Below are positions 36,990 to 45,386 of a DNA stretch of 64,000 nucleotides, in pieces. The position numbers and the translations under genes are program-made. Numbering within the stretch: position 1 is the first letter of the stretch; the number at the start of each line of letters is the position of its first letter. The notes beneath the pieces are model-generated. The model saw only the letters and a list, made by a program, of their open reading frames with translations, ran no database searches and had not been told where the DNA came from. This stretch comes from Candidatus Latescibacterota bacterium (GTDB taxonomy: Bacteria > Latescibacterota > UBA2968 > GCA-2709665), in contig OZ244744.1 in the NCBI GenBank assembly GCA_965219455.1, positions 2,491,587-2,555,586 on the forward strand, read 5' to 3'.

Positions 36990-37877
36990 TTGGCTTGCCT
37001 ATGTATTCTCTGTGAGAGTTCTCCACCGATAGAGAATTCCCATATAGTCCCGAAATTATTCATTCGAAGGCTTATGAAAGGCACTTCAGTAAAGGCGCTC
37101 AGAGATTCCAATAACGTGACAAGACCAGTTCAGGATGGATGGAAGGGGCGATACCTTTGCCAGCAGTGTGAGATACGGTTTTCTGCCTGGGAAACAGATT
37201 TCGCCAATAGAATTTACGATCCCTTTCTGAATGCGAGCAAGGATCCCGCAGTGCAAGACATTACGTTGGTGCTCTTTGTCACCTCCCTCCATTTTCGTTA
37301 CTTGGAATATGCGAAGGAACGCAATAGTGGTTTTACTGAAAGTGAAGATTTGTCCAATCTCACAAAAAGACTGAAGGATGCACTCTTAGAAAGTCGTTCA
37401 CCGGTTGATATACATCTGTACGCGATGCCATTGTACCCAATAACGGATCCTGGAATTCTTCCGGCAGGTGTAAATACCTATTTCTTTGAAGCCATAGATG
37501 GCTGCGCTTTTGATTGGTTTCTGTCAAGCGATAGAACGATTTGGATTTCATATGTAAAGGTTCCAGGATTTATGTTCTTTTCAAGCTCCGGACCAATAGA
37601 AGATATCTGGAGTGGACCAGATTCATTGGAGCCATACAAAATCGATGGAAATGGAACATTCGACTTAGACATAAAACATTCCCGTATTCTGTTATCTGTA
37701 GTGGATTGTTTCTTGGAAAAGCGGACTCGGGAAATCCAAGAAGCTTATAGAAGCATGCCAGATTCCCAGATTTTAAAAATCATTGAACAAATCAAAAAAG
37801 ATCCTGATTATCAGAATAGCAGAGCTTACCGAACCTACCTTTTTGACTTGCAGCTAATCCGTAATTGCGAGATCTGA
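36990..37877 (+). CDS. Hypothetical protein with an N-terminal HNH-like (CxxC...H...CxxC) zinc-finger nuclease motif; AT-rich foreign gene
   Basis: TTG start with GAGG 8 nt upstream. (M)ACLCILCESSPPIENSHIVPK...YLCQQCEIRFSAWE, then a C-terminal region of about 200 aa that I do not recognise. About 40-47% GC on lines I counted. Confidence 0.5.
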   Translation: MACLCILCESSPPIENSHIVPKLFIRRLMKGTSVKALRDSNNVTRPVQDGWKGRYLCQQCEIRFSAWETDFANRIYDPFLNASKDPAVQDITLVLFVTSLHFRYLEYAKERNSGFTESEDLSNLTKRLKDALLESRSPVDIHLYAMPLYPITDPGILPAGVNTYFFEAIDGCAFDWFLSSDRTIWISYVKVPGFMFFSSSGPIEDIWSGPDSLEPYKIDGNGTFDLDIKHSRILLSVVDCFLEKRTREIQEAYRSMPDSQILKIIEQIKKDPDYQNSRAYRTYLFDLQLIRNCEI

Positions 37878-38166
37878 GTGCATATGTTTAAACGGGATGT
37901 CAACGACTACAATTCAGATTAAGAGAGTATGTACTAACACCTTGGAATGCCCTTCTTCTAACATTCTAGCCCTGGCAGCGGACCCTTCGCCCTTGTGGCC
38001 AACCTCTGCTCAGTTCGTAGGCGAAAAACGAACTCTAGTGAAACAGGAATCACTATCCTTAGATTCAAATACATTTCTACTGTTTTCTAATATTCACGAC
38101 CCAATTGATCCACCCTGCGTATTCCCTTTCATCCCACATCTAAACCACACCAACGAAAGGAACCAC

Positions 38167-38550
38167 ATGACGAAATCCGATCCATTTGAACAAGGCCTCG
38201 CGGCCGGTGAGGCAGCGGCTTCCGTCACCGGAGGCGCGTCACAGTCATCGTCGAACGGCGGGCGTATGTAAGTGCGCACACAGAGTTTCGGGTCAACCGA
38301 TGCGGAGTTGCGTTTTCTGCAGCGCTGCGGCGTGCGCCACAAGGCCGTTATCTTTCCGTTCCACCCCGGCAGGGGCTGGGACCTCGAGGAACTGGTCCAG
38401 GTACGAGAGCGCCACGAGGCCTTCGGGATAACACTGGATATGAGCTCGCTGCCCATATACGAGAGATTTCCCAACATTATCTATTTTGGCAAAAGCCCGG
38501 AGCGTGACCGGGAAATCGACCTCGTGGGTATTGACGTAACTGATCGGTAA
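38167..38550 (+). pseudogene. Truncated duplicate of the 5' third of the UxuA-like gene at 40641, with an in-frame TAA
   Basis: 38167-38525 aligns almost base-for-base with 40641-40999. TAC becomes TAA at 38269-38271. Homology ends at 38525, after which the sequence is unrelated. Confidence 0.85.
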
Positions 38551-38672
38551 TACCTTAGTTATGCAAAACTGACGCAGGGAGCCCTAAACCCCACACCGAA
38601 AATCGCGCACAAAACCAAACACCTCGAATATCTACCGAACCTCTTGGTGAGAGCTAATATACCGAGCATCTC

Positions 38673-39317
38673 ATGACCATTTCAATTGACTTCAACAATC
38701 TCACCGCAATTGACCGAGGTCATGTCTTCCTTAGTCTTGAAGATAGTATCAAGGAGTCGTTAGGAGTATGGCCGGAGTTCCTTGATCGGATTGAGAATTC
38801 TCTTGAGTTCATACATAGAATCGGAGGAGAATATAAAGACCGATTTCGATGTGGCCTCATTCGTGCAGCCCTAACCGAACTCGTTTCGATTGAGGATATC
38901 CAAAAAAAACTAATTCATAATCGTATTGTTGGCCATAAACATAGACTGAATACTTCACGCCAGCCGCTGCTATGTGTCGTACGTGAACTCAGAAATATTG
39001 AAATTCACATTTCATCAGCCACACTTGCCGACGAAAAACGACAGTTATTGTGGGGAAATATTGATAATCCTAGAGAGGCTACTCCAGTCAAATGGACGAT
39101 TCGTTGGATCGATAATCTTTCTATCAGGGATTTCGAGCAGCTTCGGTACTTCGAAAATTATAACCGCGATGAATTTGACCGGGCATTGAGATGGTTTGAC
39201 GACAACCAACGCAAATGGGGTATCGAGGAGGTTATGTTTCGGGCGATCTCACTGTATGCCCATGAGATCGCCCATCACTTGGCGACAATCCGAAAATCGA
39301 CTTTGATGTGTAGATAA
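38673..39317 (+). CDS. Hypothetical protein with an RNxxxH (HEPN-like, Rx4-6H) motif; AT-rich foreign gene
   Basis: 214 aa. ...QPLLCVVRELRNIEIHISS contains R-N-I-E-I-H. I did not recognise any other family. Confidence 0.45.
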   Translation: MTISIDFNNLTAIDRGHVFLSLEDSIKESLGVWPEFLDRIENSLEFIHRIGGEYKDRFRCGLIRAALTELVSIEDIQKKLIHNRIVGHKHRLNTSRQPLLCVVRELRNIEIHISSATLADEKRQLLWGNIDNPREATPVKWTIRWIDNLSIRDFEQLRYFENYNRDEFDRALRWFDDNQRKWGIEEVMFRAISLYAHEIAHHLATIRKSTLMCR

Positions 39318-39547
39318 AGATTCCCAAGTCGGTATGGTGCAATCATTCCGGACTGGAATGGAGACGGATTGAAGCCCTTTTCAACGCAATCGGAGCTAAA
39401 CCAATTGAAGGCAGAGGTTCACGGGTGCGGTTTGAGCTGAATGATGTTGTCGCCACCTTTCACCGTCCCCACCCTCAGAAAGACGCAAAGCCCTATCAAG
39501 TGCGTGATGCGAGACATTTTCTACAACAGGCAGGAGTAACCCCATGA
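39314..39547 (+). pseudogene. hicA: HicA-family toxin, 5'-truncated with no start codon
   Basis: My translation: ...LEWRRIEALFNAIGAKPIEGRGSRVRFELNDVVATFHRPHPQKDAKPYQVRDARHFLQQAGVTP*. The frame opens right after the TAG at 39311-39313, with no ATG/GTG/TTG before the conserved core. The stop overlaps the hicB ATG (ATGA at 39544-39547). Confidence 0.75.
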
Positions 39548-39888
39548 ACACAATGACCCATAGAGGATATGCGGCTCGAATCGACTACAGTGATGAAGAT
39601 GGCTGCTTCATTGGTCATATTGCGGGAATCAATGACGTGGTAGGCTTTCACGGCGAATCAGTCGAACAACTGCGTGATGCCTTTGAAGAATCGGTTGACG
39701 ACTATCTTGAAACCTGTGAAAAGCTCAACAGGTCCCCTCAAAAGCCATATTCCGGTAATCTGATGTTGCGGATTCCACCAGAGGTTCACGCAGCGATTGC
39801 CACGGCGGCTGAAGTCAGCGGAAAGAGTATCAATCAGTGGGCGACTCAAACACTCGCCGATGTTTTGGAGACGGATGCACTGAAATGA
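39544..39888 (+). CDS. hicB: HicB-family antitoxin, copy 2
   Basis: 114 aa, about 92% identical to copy 1 (roughly 8-9 differences by my count). Confidence 0.85.
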   Translation: MNTMTHRGYAARIDYSDEDGCFIGHIAGINDVVGFHGESVEQLRDAFEESVDDYLETCEKLNRSPQKPYSGNLMLRIPPEVHAAIATAAEVSGKSINQWATQTLADVLETDALK

Positions 39889-40255
39889 GGGAAGCGAAAG
39901 CACCTTAAGTAGTGTGCATTTTATATTTGACTCTGAGGCAGTTCGCGGAAAAACCGGCCCCGCGCCTAGGGGCGCGTTAAGGAATCAAAAGTCTAAACCA
40001 AATTCAACATCACCCCAAATTCCCTGCCTTCGGCGAGTTCCTTTTGAAGCGACCAAAAGGAACCAAAAGTCGCCGCTAGGCGCGGGGCCTGCTATATGCA
40101 TGGCACGAATCTCGACTGTGGACGCCCCAGAGCTTCTGCCCTGCCAGCCCAGGAGGATACCGTAATTGGCAGTGGGACGGAACCGCGCGCGCTGCTCTGG
40201 TAGTCCTCTTGAACGGCATCGCGTTAGAAATCAGCCTGGCTTCCTGTGAGCGAGG

Positions 40256-40450
40256 AGCTGTTAGCGATCAGCCAACAGCCGTCAGCTAAAACCCGATTTC
40301 GATATGGCGAGGCGATGTCAATTCACGGATATTCGCGCCAAAAACGAGGGCAACCACGAGGGTTGCCCCTACAAATGCAACGCTGGCACGTACAACAGCG
40401 ATATCACGGATGTCGGGTTTTTGTAGGGGCGGTTCGCGAACCGCCCGTCT
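40256..40450. repeat. Composite intergenic repeat block: F2 tract (40256-40290), F3 hairpin GGGCAACCACGAGGGTTGCCCCTACA (40348-40374), GGGCGGTTCGCGAACCGCCC hairpin (about 40427-40446)
   Basis: The F3 core and about 30-40 nt of each flank recur inverted at 58500-58595. Confidence 0.75.
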
Positions 40451-40640
40451 TTCGCGCAATAACACGCCAATCCACTCAGCAGTCCTTCCAAATCAATTTC
40501 TCGCGCGAACGGTCTTCCGGACAAGAATCTCCGGGTAATTCGAAATGGATGACGCCACCAAGCTTTCTTCCACCACAGATCGCGACAGTGTACGTCGTCT
40601 GTTTCCCCTCATCAATGCCATAACAACGAAAGGAACCAGC

Positions 40641-41711
40641 ATGAAGAAATCCGATCCGTTTGAACAAGGCCTCGCAGCCGGTGAGGCGGCCGCTTCCGCC
40701 ACCGGAGGCGCGTCACAGTCATCGTCGAACGGCGGGCGTATGTACGTGCGCACACAGAGTTTCGGGTCCACCGATGCGGAGTTGCGTTTTCTGCAGCGCT
40801 GCGGCGTGCGTCACAAGGCCGTTGTCTTTCCGTTCCACCCCGGCAGGGGCTGGGACCTCGAGGAACTGGTACAGGTACGAGAGCGCCACGAGGCCTTCGG
40901 GATCACACTGGATATGAGCTCGCTGCCCATATACGAGCGTTTTCCCAACATCATCTATTACGGCAAAAGCCCGGAGCGCGACCGGGAAATCGACCTCGTA
41001 TGCGAGATGATCCGGACCGCTGCGCGCGCCGGCATCGATTCTCTGCGTTATAACACTTGCGTCCTTCCCATCGACCGTACGGAACCGGAGGAAGGTCGCG
41101 GCGGCTTCTACCACACCGCGTTCCGCGTGGAAAAGATCCCGGCGGAAGAACAGGCCAGGCTGACTGACGCCGGACGCGTCACGGCGGACATGTACTGGGA
41201 GCGAATTGACTATCTGCTCGAACGCATGATCCCCGTGGCGGAAGAATTCAAGGTTCGAATGGGCAATTCCCAGGAAGACCCTGCCACACCCCCCGGTTAT
41301 ATGGGCGTTGACAAAGTCCTCAATGACTTTGAGGGCATGAAGCGTTTCATCGAGATTCAGCGGGGTCCGTATCACGGTTGGAACTTCTGCGTCGGCTCCG
41401 TCGCTGAAGGGCTGGAAGATCCGGCCACTGAAATCTACCCCATCATCGAATACTTCGGCAGCCGTAACACGATCTTCCTGGTTCACTATCGAAACATCCT
41501 CGGCGGGCGTTACAGCTTCCGCGAGTCTCTGCCCGATGAAGGAGATATGGACTTTCACCGCGTGTTGAAGGCCCTCAAGGACACCGGCTACCGTTACGGC
41601 ATCGATCCGGACCACGTTCCGTGGACTGACGACGATCCGATGCGCTCCTATCAGTCCTACGCGTACTGCTTCGGCTACATCAATGCCATGATTCAGGCGG
41701 TCTACGGTTAA
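40641..41711 (+). CDS. Mannonate dehydratase (UxuA)-like TIM-barrel enzyme
   Basis: The C-terminal ...FRESLPDEGDMDFHRVLKALKDTGYRYGIDPDHVPW...YCFGYINAMIQ resembles UxuA. The start is ambiguous: 40641 gives a 33-aa low-complexity extension, while 40740 gives MYVRTQSFG. Confidence 0.6.
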   Translation: MKKSDPFEQGLAAGEAAASATGGASQSSSNGGRMYVRTQSFGSTDAELRFLQRCGVRHKAVVFPFHPGRGWDLEELVQVRERHEAFGITLDMSSLPIYERFPNIIYYGKSPERDREIDLVCEMIRTAARAGIDSLRYNTCVLPIDRTEPEEGRGGFYHTAFRVEKIPAEEQARLTDAGRVTADMYWERIDYLLERMIPVAEEFKVRMGNSQEDPATPPGYMGVDKVLNDFEGMKRFIEIQRGPYHGWNFCVGSVAEGLEDPATEIYPIIEYFGSRNTIFLVHYRNILGGRYSFRESLPDEGDMDFHRVLKALKDTGYRYGIDPDHVPWTDDDPMRSYQSYAYCFGYINAMIQAVYG

Positions 41712-41850
41712 GCCATATTTAGGTGGTTTAAGGCGATCCGGGAAGTACCGATGACGGTCACCCTGGACCATCCACCATGCCAGGGAGTTGCTCCCTGCCA
41801 TTCCTTCCGGTCCGGACAACCGAACCGGCACCCGGGCAAAGGACAACGAC

Positions 41851-42696
41851 ATGGAACCAGCTGAAATAGCGCACCATATCAGGGAAAACGGCTACTGCAT
41901 CGTCGAGGACGTCATCCCCTCAGGGGAAGTGGGCAGGATCCGCGAGCGCGTCGTGCGGGCGCAGGCCGCCACCGACGCCGCCCACCAGGCCAGGGAAAGG
42001 GTGACTCGAGCCAGGGGCCACCGCGTCGGAGCCCGCGGCGTCGGCGTGCTCAAGCAGGCGATCAACCACGACCAGTCGTTCGCGCCGTACCTGGCCGACC
42101 GGCGGATCGTCGGGGCCCTCGAGATCTTCTTCGGTCCCTGGCTGCGGATCTCCTGCACCGACGTCGTGGTGAACCACCCGGGGAACGAGCGCGGCTACTG
42201 GCACGCGGACTGGCCGTTCAACCAGACGAACGCCTCCAATGTCGCCGCCCCCTACCCGAACGCGATGATGCACGCGTCGTCGCTGTGGATGCTGACCGAT
42301 TTCTCCGCCGCCAACGGAGGGACGCTGCTGTTGCCGGGCACGCACCGGAAGGACCACAATCCGGCGACGGGAGACCTCCCCGGCTTCGACAACGAGGCAC
42401 CCCAGCCGGCCGAGATCAACACCGAGGGCAGGGCGGGATCGGTGCTGCTCTACGACAGCCGGCAGTGGCACGCGGTTGCCCCCAACCGGAGCGGCAGCCC
42501 CCGGGTGGCCCTGATCGTGCGCTACGCTCCCTGGTGGCTGAACCTGAATCCGACGCACGTAGGCACGCCGGAGCACGACATGATGGTGGTGGAGACCGGC
42601 GGGAAGAACTACGAGATGGAGCCCCTGCGCCGCGACGTGTACGAGGGGCTTCCGGAGGAAGTGAAGCCGCTCTACCGGCACTTCGTGGCCAACTAG
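41851..42696 (+). CDS. PhyH-family dioxygenase
   Basis: MEPAEIAHHIRENGYCIVEDVIPSGEVGRIRERV...YWHADWPF...LLPGTHR...GSVLLYDSRQWHAV. Confidence 0.7.
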   Translation: MEPAEIAHHIRENGYCIVEDVIPSGEVGRIRERVVRAQAATDAAHQARERVTRARGHRVGARGVGVLKQAINHDQSFAPYLADRRIVGALEIFFGPWLRISCTDVVVNHPGNERGYWHADWPFNQTNASNVAAPYPNAMMHASSLWMLTDFSAANGGTLLLPGTHRKDHNPATGDLPGFDNEAPQPAEINTEGRAGSVLLYDSRQWHAVAPNRSGSPRVALIVRYAPWWLNLNPTHVGTPEHDMMVVETGGKNYEMEPLRRDVYEGLPEEVKPLYRHFVAN

Positions 42697-42761
42697 ACGA
42701 GGTGTCCGTAAACAAGCGACGGCGTTCAGCGCACCAAATTTTGTAGAAAAGGTTTCCAGAA

Positions 42762-43997
42762 ATGGCAAAGAAGACGTTTCGAAATGAAGCCCCTTCAAGA
42801 GACGATGTGTCTGCAGATGCTATCAGCATGTGCAACGCTGCGCAAGCTGGAGACGTGGCAAGGGTAAAGATGCTGTTGAAGACAAATCCGGATTTGGCAA
42901 CTGCCAAAAACCATCCGCAACACGGACGGCGCCCCATTCACTATGCCGCGCGGGAAGGTCATGCCGAGGTAGTGAAGATACTGCTCGAAGCGGGAGCCGG
43001 TCCGGCCGTTGGGATCTGGCCTAACCGGGAGGCGTCGCAGCCGTTGACATTGGCACGGGACCGAGGGCATACCGAGGTCGTCGCTTTAATTGACGCGTGG
43101 TTGAACACACAACATGGGACAACGTCTCGCGGGGTGGAGATCTGTGATGCAGCCCGGATGCAGGAGCTTGAGAACGTGCGCTTCATGTTGGACAAGGAAC
43201 CGGCAATAATAAACGAAAGCGATACAGCCGGCAATACAGCGCTTCATTATGCGGTGGGGCATATGCAGTTTGAACTTGTGACCGACTTGCTCACCGCTGG
43301 CGCTGATGTGAATATCAGGAACGCCGAAAATGAATTGCCCATCCACCGCGCTCTATTTAAAGGTAGTGACCCCAACCGTGATAAGCCAGCGTATCGAAAG
43401 ATGGCTGAATTGTTGCTTGCACATGGGGCAAATTACGACATCTGGGTAGCCAGTGCTCTTGGTGATCCGGAAGGTGTCAGGAAGATGCTGGTAGCGGACC
43501 CCGGCCTGGCGAATTATCAGTGCGGGCGTGTGAATAACAAGAATGCATCGACCTATCCCCTGGCGATGGCTGCGCGCGAGGGGCACCTGGAGGTCGTGGA
43601 CCTGCTCCTGGATTTTGGCGCCGACGTGGATACAAAATGTGAACGCAATGGTAAGGTGGTACATATTTCCGGCGCATTGATTTATGCACTGGAACGCAAA
43701 CACTTTGACGTGGCCGAACGGTTAATGGATCGCGGCGCCCGCACGGATGCACCCTCAAATGATTCGGAATTGGGCGTCGCTGACGAGGCGTTGCTGTCGG
43801 GCAACCAGGAAATGGCGGACCGCATCTATGTAAATGGTGGGCGCCCGATGATGTGGACATACGTGAAGGCAAGACAATATTGCGTGATTGGCGAGTTACT
43901 GGATCGTGCCACGGTTGTTCGAGAAGCAGGCTATTTGCCTCAAGATCGTAGTGAAGGCGTGGTTCGACAAACCATGCGTTGGGGATTGAGCTTTTGA
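42762..43997 (+). CDS. Ankyrin-repeat protein
   Basis: Repeated G..P(I/L)H.A...GH.E(V/L)V..LL..GA modules, e.g. RRPIHYAAREGHAEVVKILLEAGA and GNTALHYAVGHMQFELVTDLLTAGADVN. Confidence 0.85.
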   Translation: MAKKTFRNEAPSRDDVSADAISMCNAAQAGDVARVKMLLKTNPDLATAKNHPQHGRRPIHYAAREGHAEVVKILLEAGAGPAVGIWPNREASQPLTLARDRGHTEVVALIDAWLNTQHGTTSRGVEICDAARMQELENVRFMLDKEPAIINESDTAGNTALHYAVGHMQFELVTDLLTAGADVNIRNAENELPIHRALFKGSDPNRDKPAYRKMAELLLAHGANYDIWVASALGDPEGVRKMLVADPGLANYQCGRVNNKNASTYPLAMAAREGHLEVVDLLLDFGADVDTKCERNGKVVHISGALIYALERKHFDVAERLMDRGARTDAPSNDSELGVADEALLSGNQEMADRIYVNGGRPMMWTYVKARQYCVIGELLDRATVVREAGYLPQDRSEGVVRQTMRWGLSF

Positions 43998-44015
43998 GAC
44001 GTCAACGTAGCGAAA

Positions 44016-44480
44016 ATGTGCTTGCGTTGCGAACCCGATTTTGATGCGGACTATTGGTTTGAGTGTTTGCGCTGGGGGCTGCAAAGCGGCGCCGGAGAAA
44101 CCGTGCGGATGATTTTGGATTATGGTGTTGATGTTAACGTCCGGGGGCCGGAAAACTCGTCCTTATTGCATTGGATCGGGGGAAGCTATCTTGAACGTGA
44201 GGACGTATGGAACAATAGTGAAGCCGTGATGATTGAGATGGCAGAAGTGTTGCTCGATTATAAGGCTGATTTGAATGTTCAGGATGACGAACTGTGTTCG
44301 ACGCCACTGGGCTGGCATGTCCGCGCGGGCCACAAAGACGTGGTTGCTTTTTTACTTGAACATGGGGCATCCGCGAATATTCCCGACACACCGAAATGGG
44401 CAACGCCTGTGAGTTGGGCTGAAAAACGTGGGCATATGGAAATCGCGGAGATGCTTCGGCAAGCAGGTGCCAGGTCGTAA
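44016..44480 (+). CDS. Ankyrin-repeat protein, in the same reading frame as 42762..43997 and separated from it by a single TGA
   Basis: TPLGWHVRAGHKDVVAFLLEHGASANI...WAEKRGHMEIAEMLRQAGA. Both starts are congruent to 0 mod 3, and there is no other stop between 43998 and 44015. Confidence 0.75.
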   Translation: MCLRCEPDFDADYWFECLRWGLQSGAGETVRMILDYGVDVNVRGPENSSLLHWIGGSYLEREDVWNNSEAVMIEMAEVLLDYKADLNVQDDELCSTPLGWHVRAGHKDVVAFLLEHGASANIPDTPKWATPVSWAEKRGHMEIAEMLRQAGARS

Positions 44481-44641
44481 GAAAGGGAACGGCTCAGCGC
44501 GTAGGCTCCGCGGCCGAGTTCCGGGTTCCGGGTTCGCAAACCGGAGGAAGGCTATAGTGTCTCGGTGGCCGGAGGACGGCCGATTGCAGGCAGCCAAAGC
44601 AAGACAATCCCCACCTTCATCAAAGAGGAGTCAGCCACGAG

Positions 44642-45379
44642 GTGAGTCAATTGGAATGGTTTGAAGACGAGTCCTTCTGGATTGCAATTTATCCGTTTCT
44701 TTTTGACGAGGCAAGATTTGAGGCTGCCGAGAAGCACCTTGACGACATCCTCAATCTGGTCGGTATGGACTCAGGGTCGGTCCTCGACCTGTGTTGCGGC
44801 CCCGGCCGCTTTGCGATCCCCCTGGCGCAGCGTGGGTTTCGGGTCACGGCGGTGGACAGGAGCCCGTTTCTGCTCGGCGACGGGCAGGAGAGGGCGGCGC
44901 AAAGGAATCCGGACATAGAATGGGTCGAGAAAGACATGCGTGAGTTTGAGCGCCCCGAAGCCTTCGACCTTGTCCTCAACCTCAACACCTCCTTTGGCTA
45001 CTTTAATGATAAGGACGAGGACGTCAGGGTGTTGAGGAGGATTTTTGGCAGTCTGAAGCCGGGTGGACGTCTCGTGTTGGATCTCCTGGGCAAAGAGAAG
45101 ATGGCGAGGATCTTCCAGCCTACGACATCAGAGAAGCTTGAAGACGGTACCCTGTTGGTGATGCGCCACGAGATCTTCGACGAATGGTCCCGCATCAGGA
45201 ATGAATGGATCATCATCAAAGGTCCGGAGGTCCGCACCTTCGAGTTTCACCACACCGTTTATTCCGGCCAGGAACTGAAGGACAGACTGCTTGCCGTTGG
45301 ATTTGGCGATGTGAAACTCTACGGGAGTTTCGAGGGTGAGGAATACGGCAGGGAATCCAATCGTCTAGTCCTAAAATAA
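44642..45379 (+). CDS. Class I SAM-dependent methyltransferase
   Basis: Motif I VLDLCCGPGRFAIPLAQRGFRVTAVDRS. GTG start. Confidence 0.8.
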   Translation: MSQLEWFEDESFWIAIYPFLFDEARFEAAEKHLDDILNLVGMDSGSVLDLCCGPGRFAIPLAQRGFRVTAVDRSPFLLGDGQERAAQRNPDIEWVEKDMREFERPEAFDLVLNLNTSFGYFNDKDEDVRVLRRIFGSLKPGGRLVLDLLGKEKMARIFQPTTSEKLEDGTLLVMRHEIFDEWSRIRNEWIIIKGPEVRTFEFHHTVYSGQELKDRLLAVGFGDVKLYGSFEGEEYGRESNRLVLK

Positions 45380-45386
45380 GCGAGTA

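Noticed and set aside
43995-43997. TGA in the ankyrin gene as evidence of stop-codon reassignment or selenocysteine.
   Set aside because: TGA terminates many well-supported genes in this window, for example the giant gene at 10821-10823 and hicA/hicB2. I saw no obvious SECIS-like hairpin immediately downstream. A nonsense mutation or a split gene is the simpler explanation.
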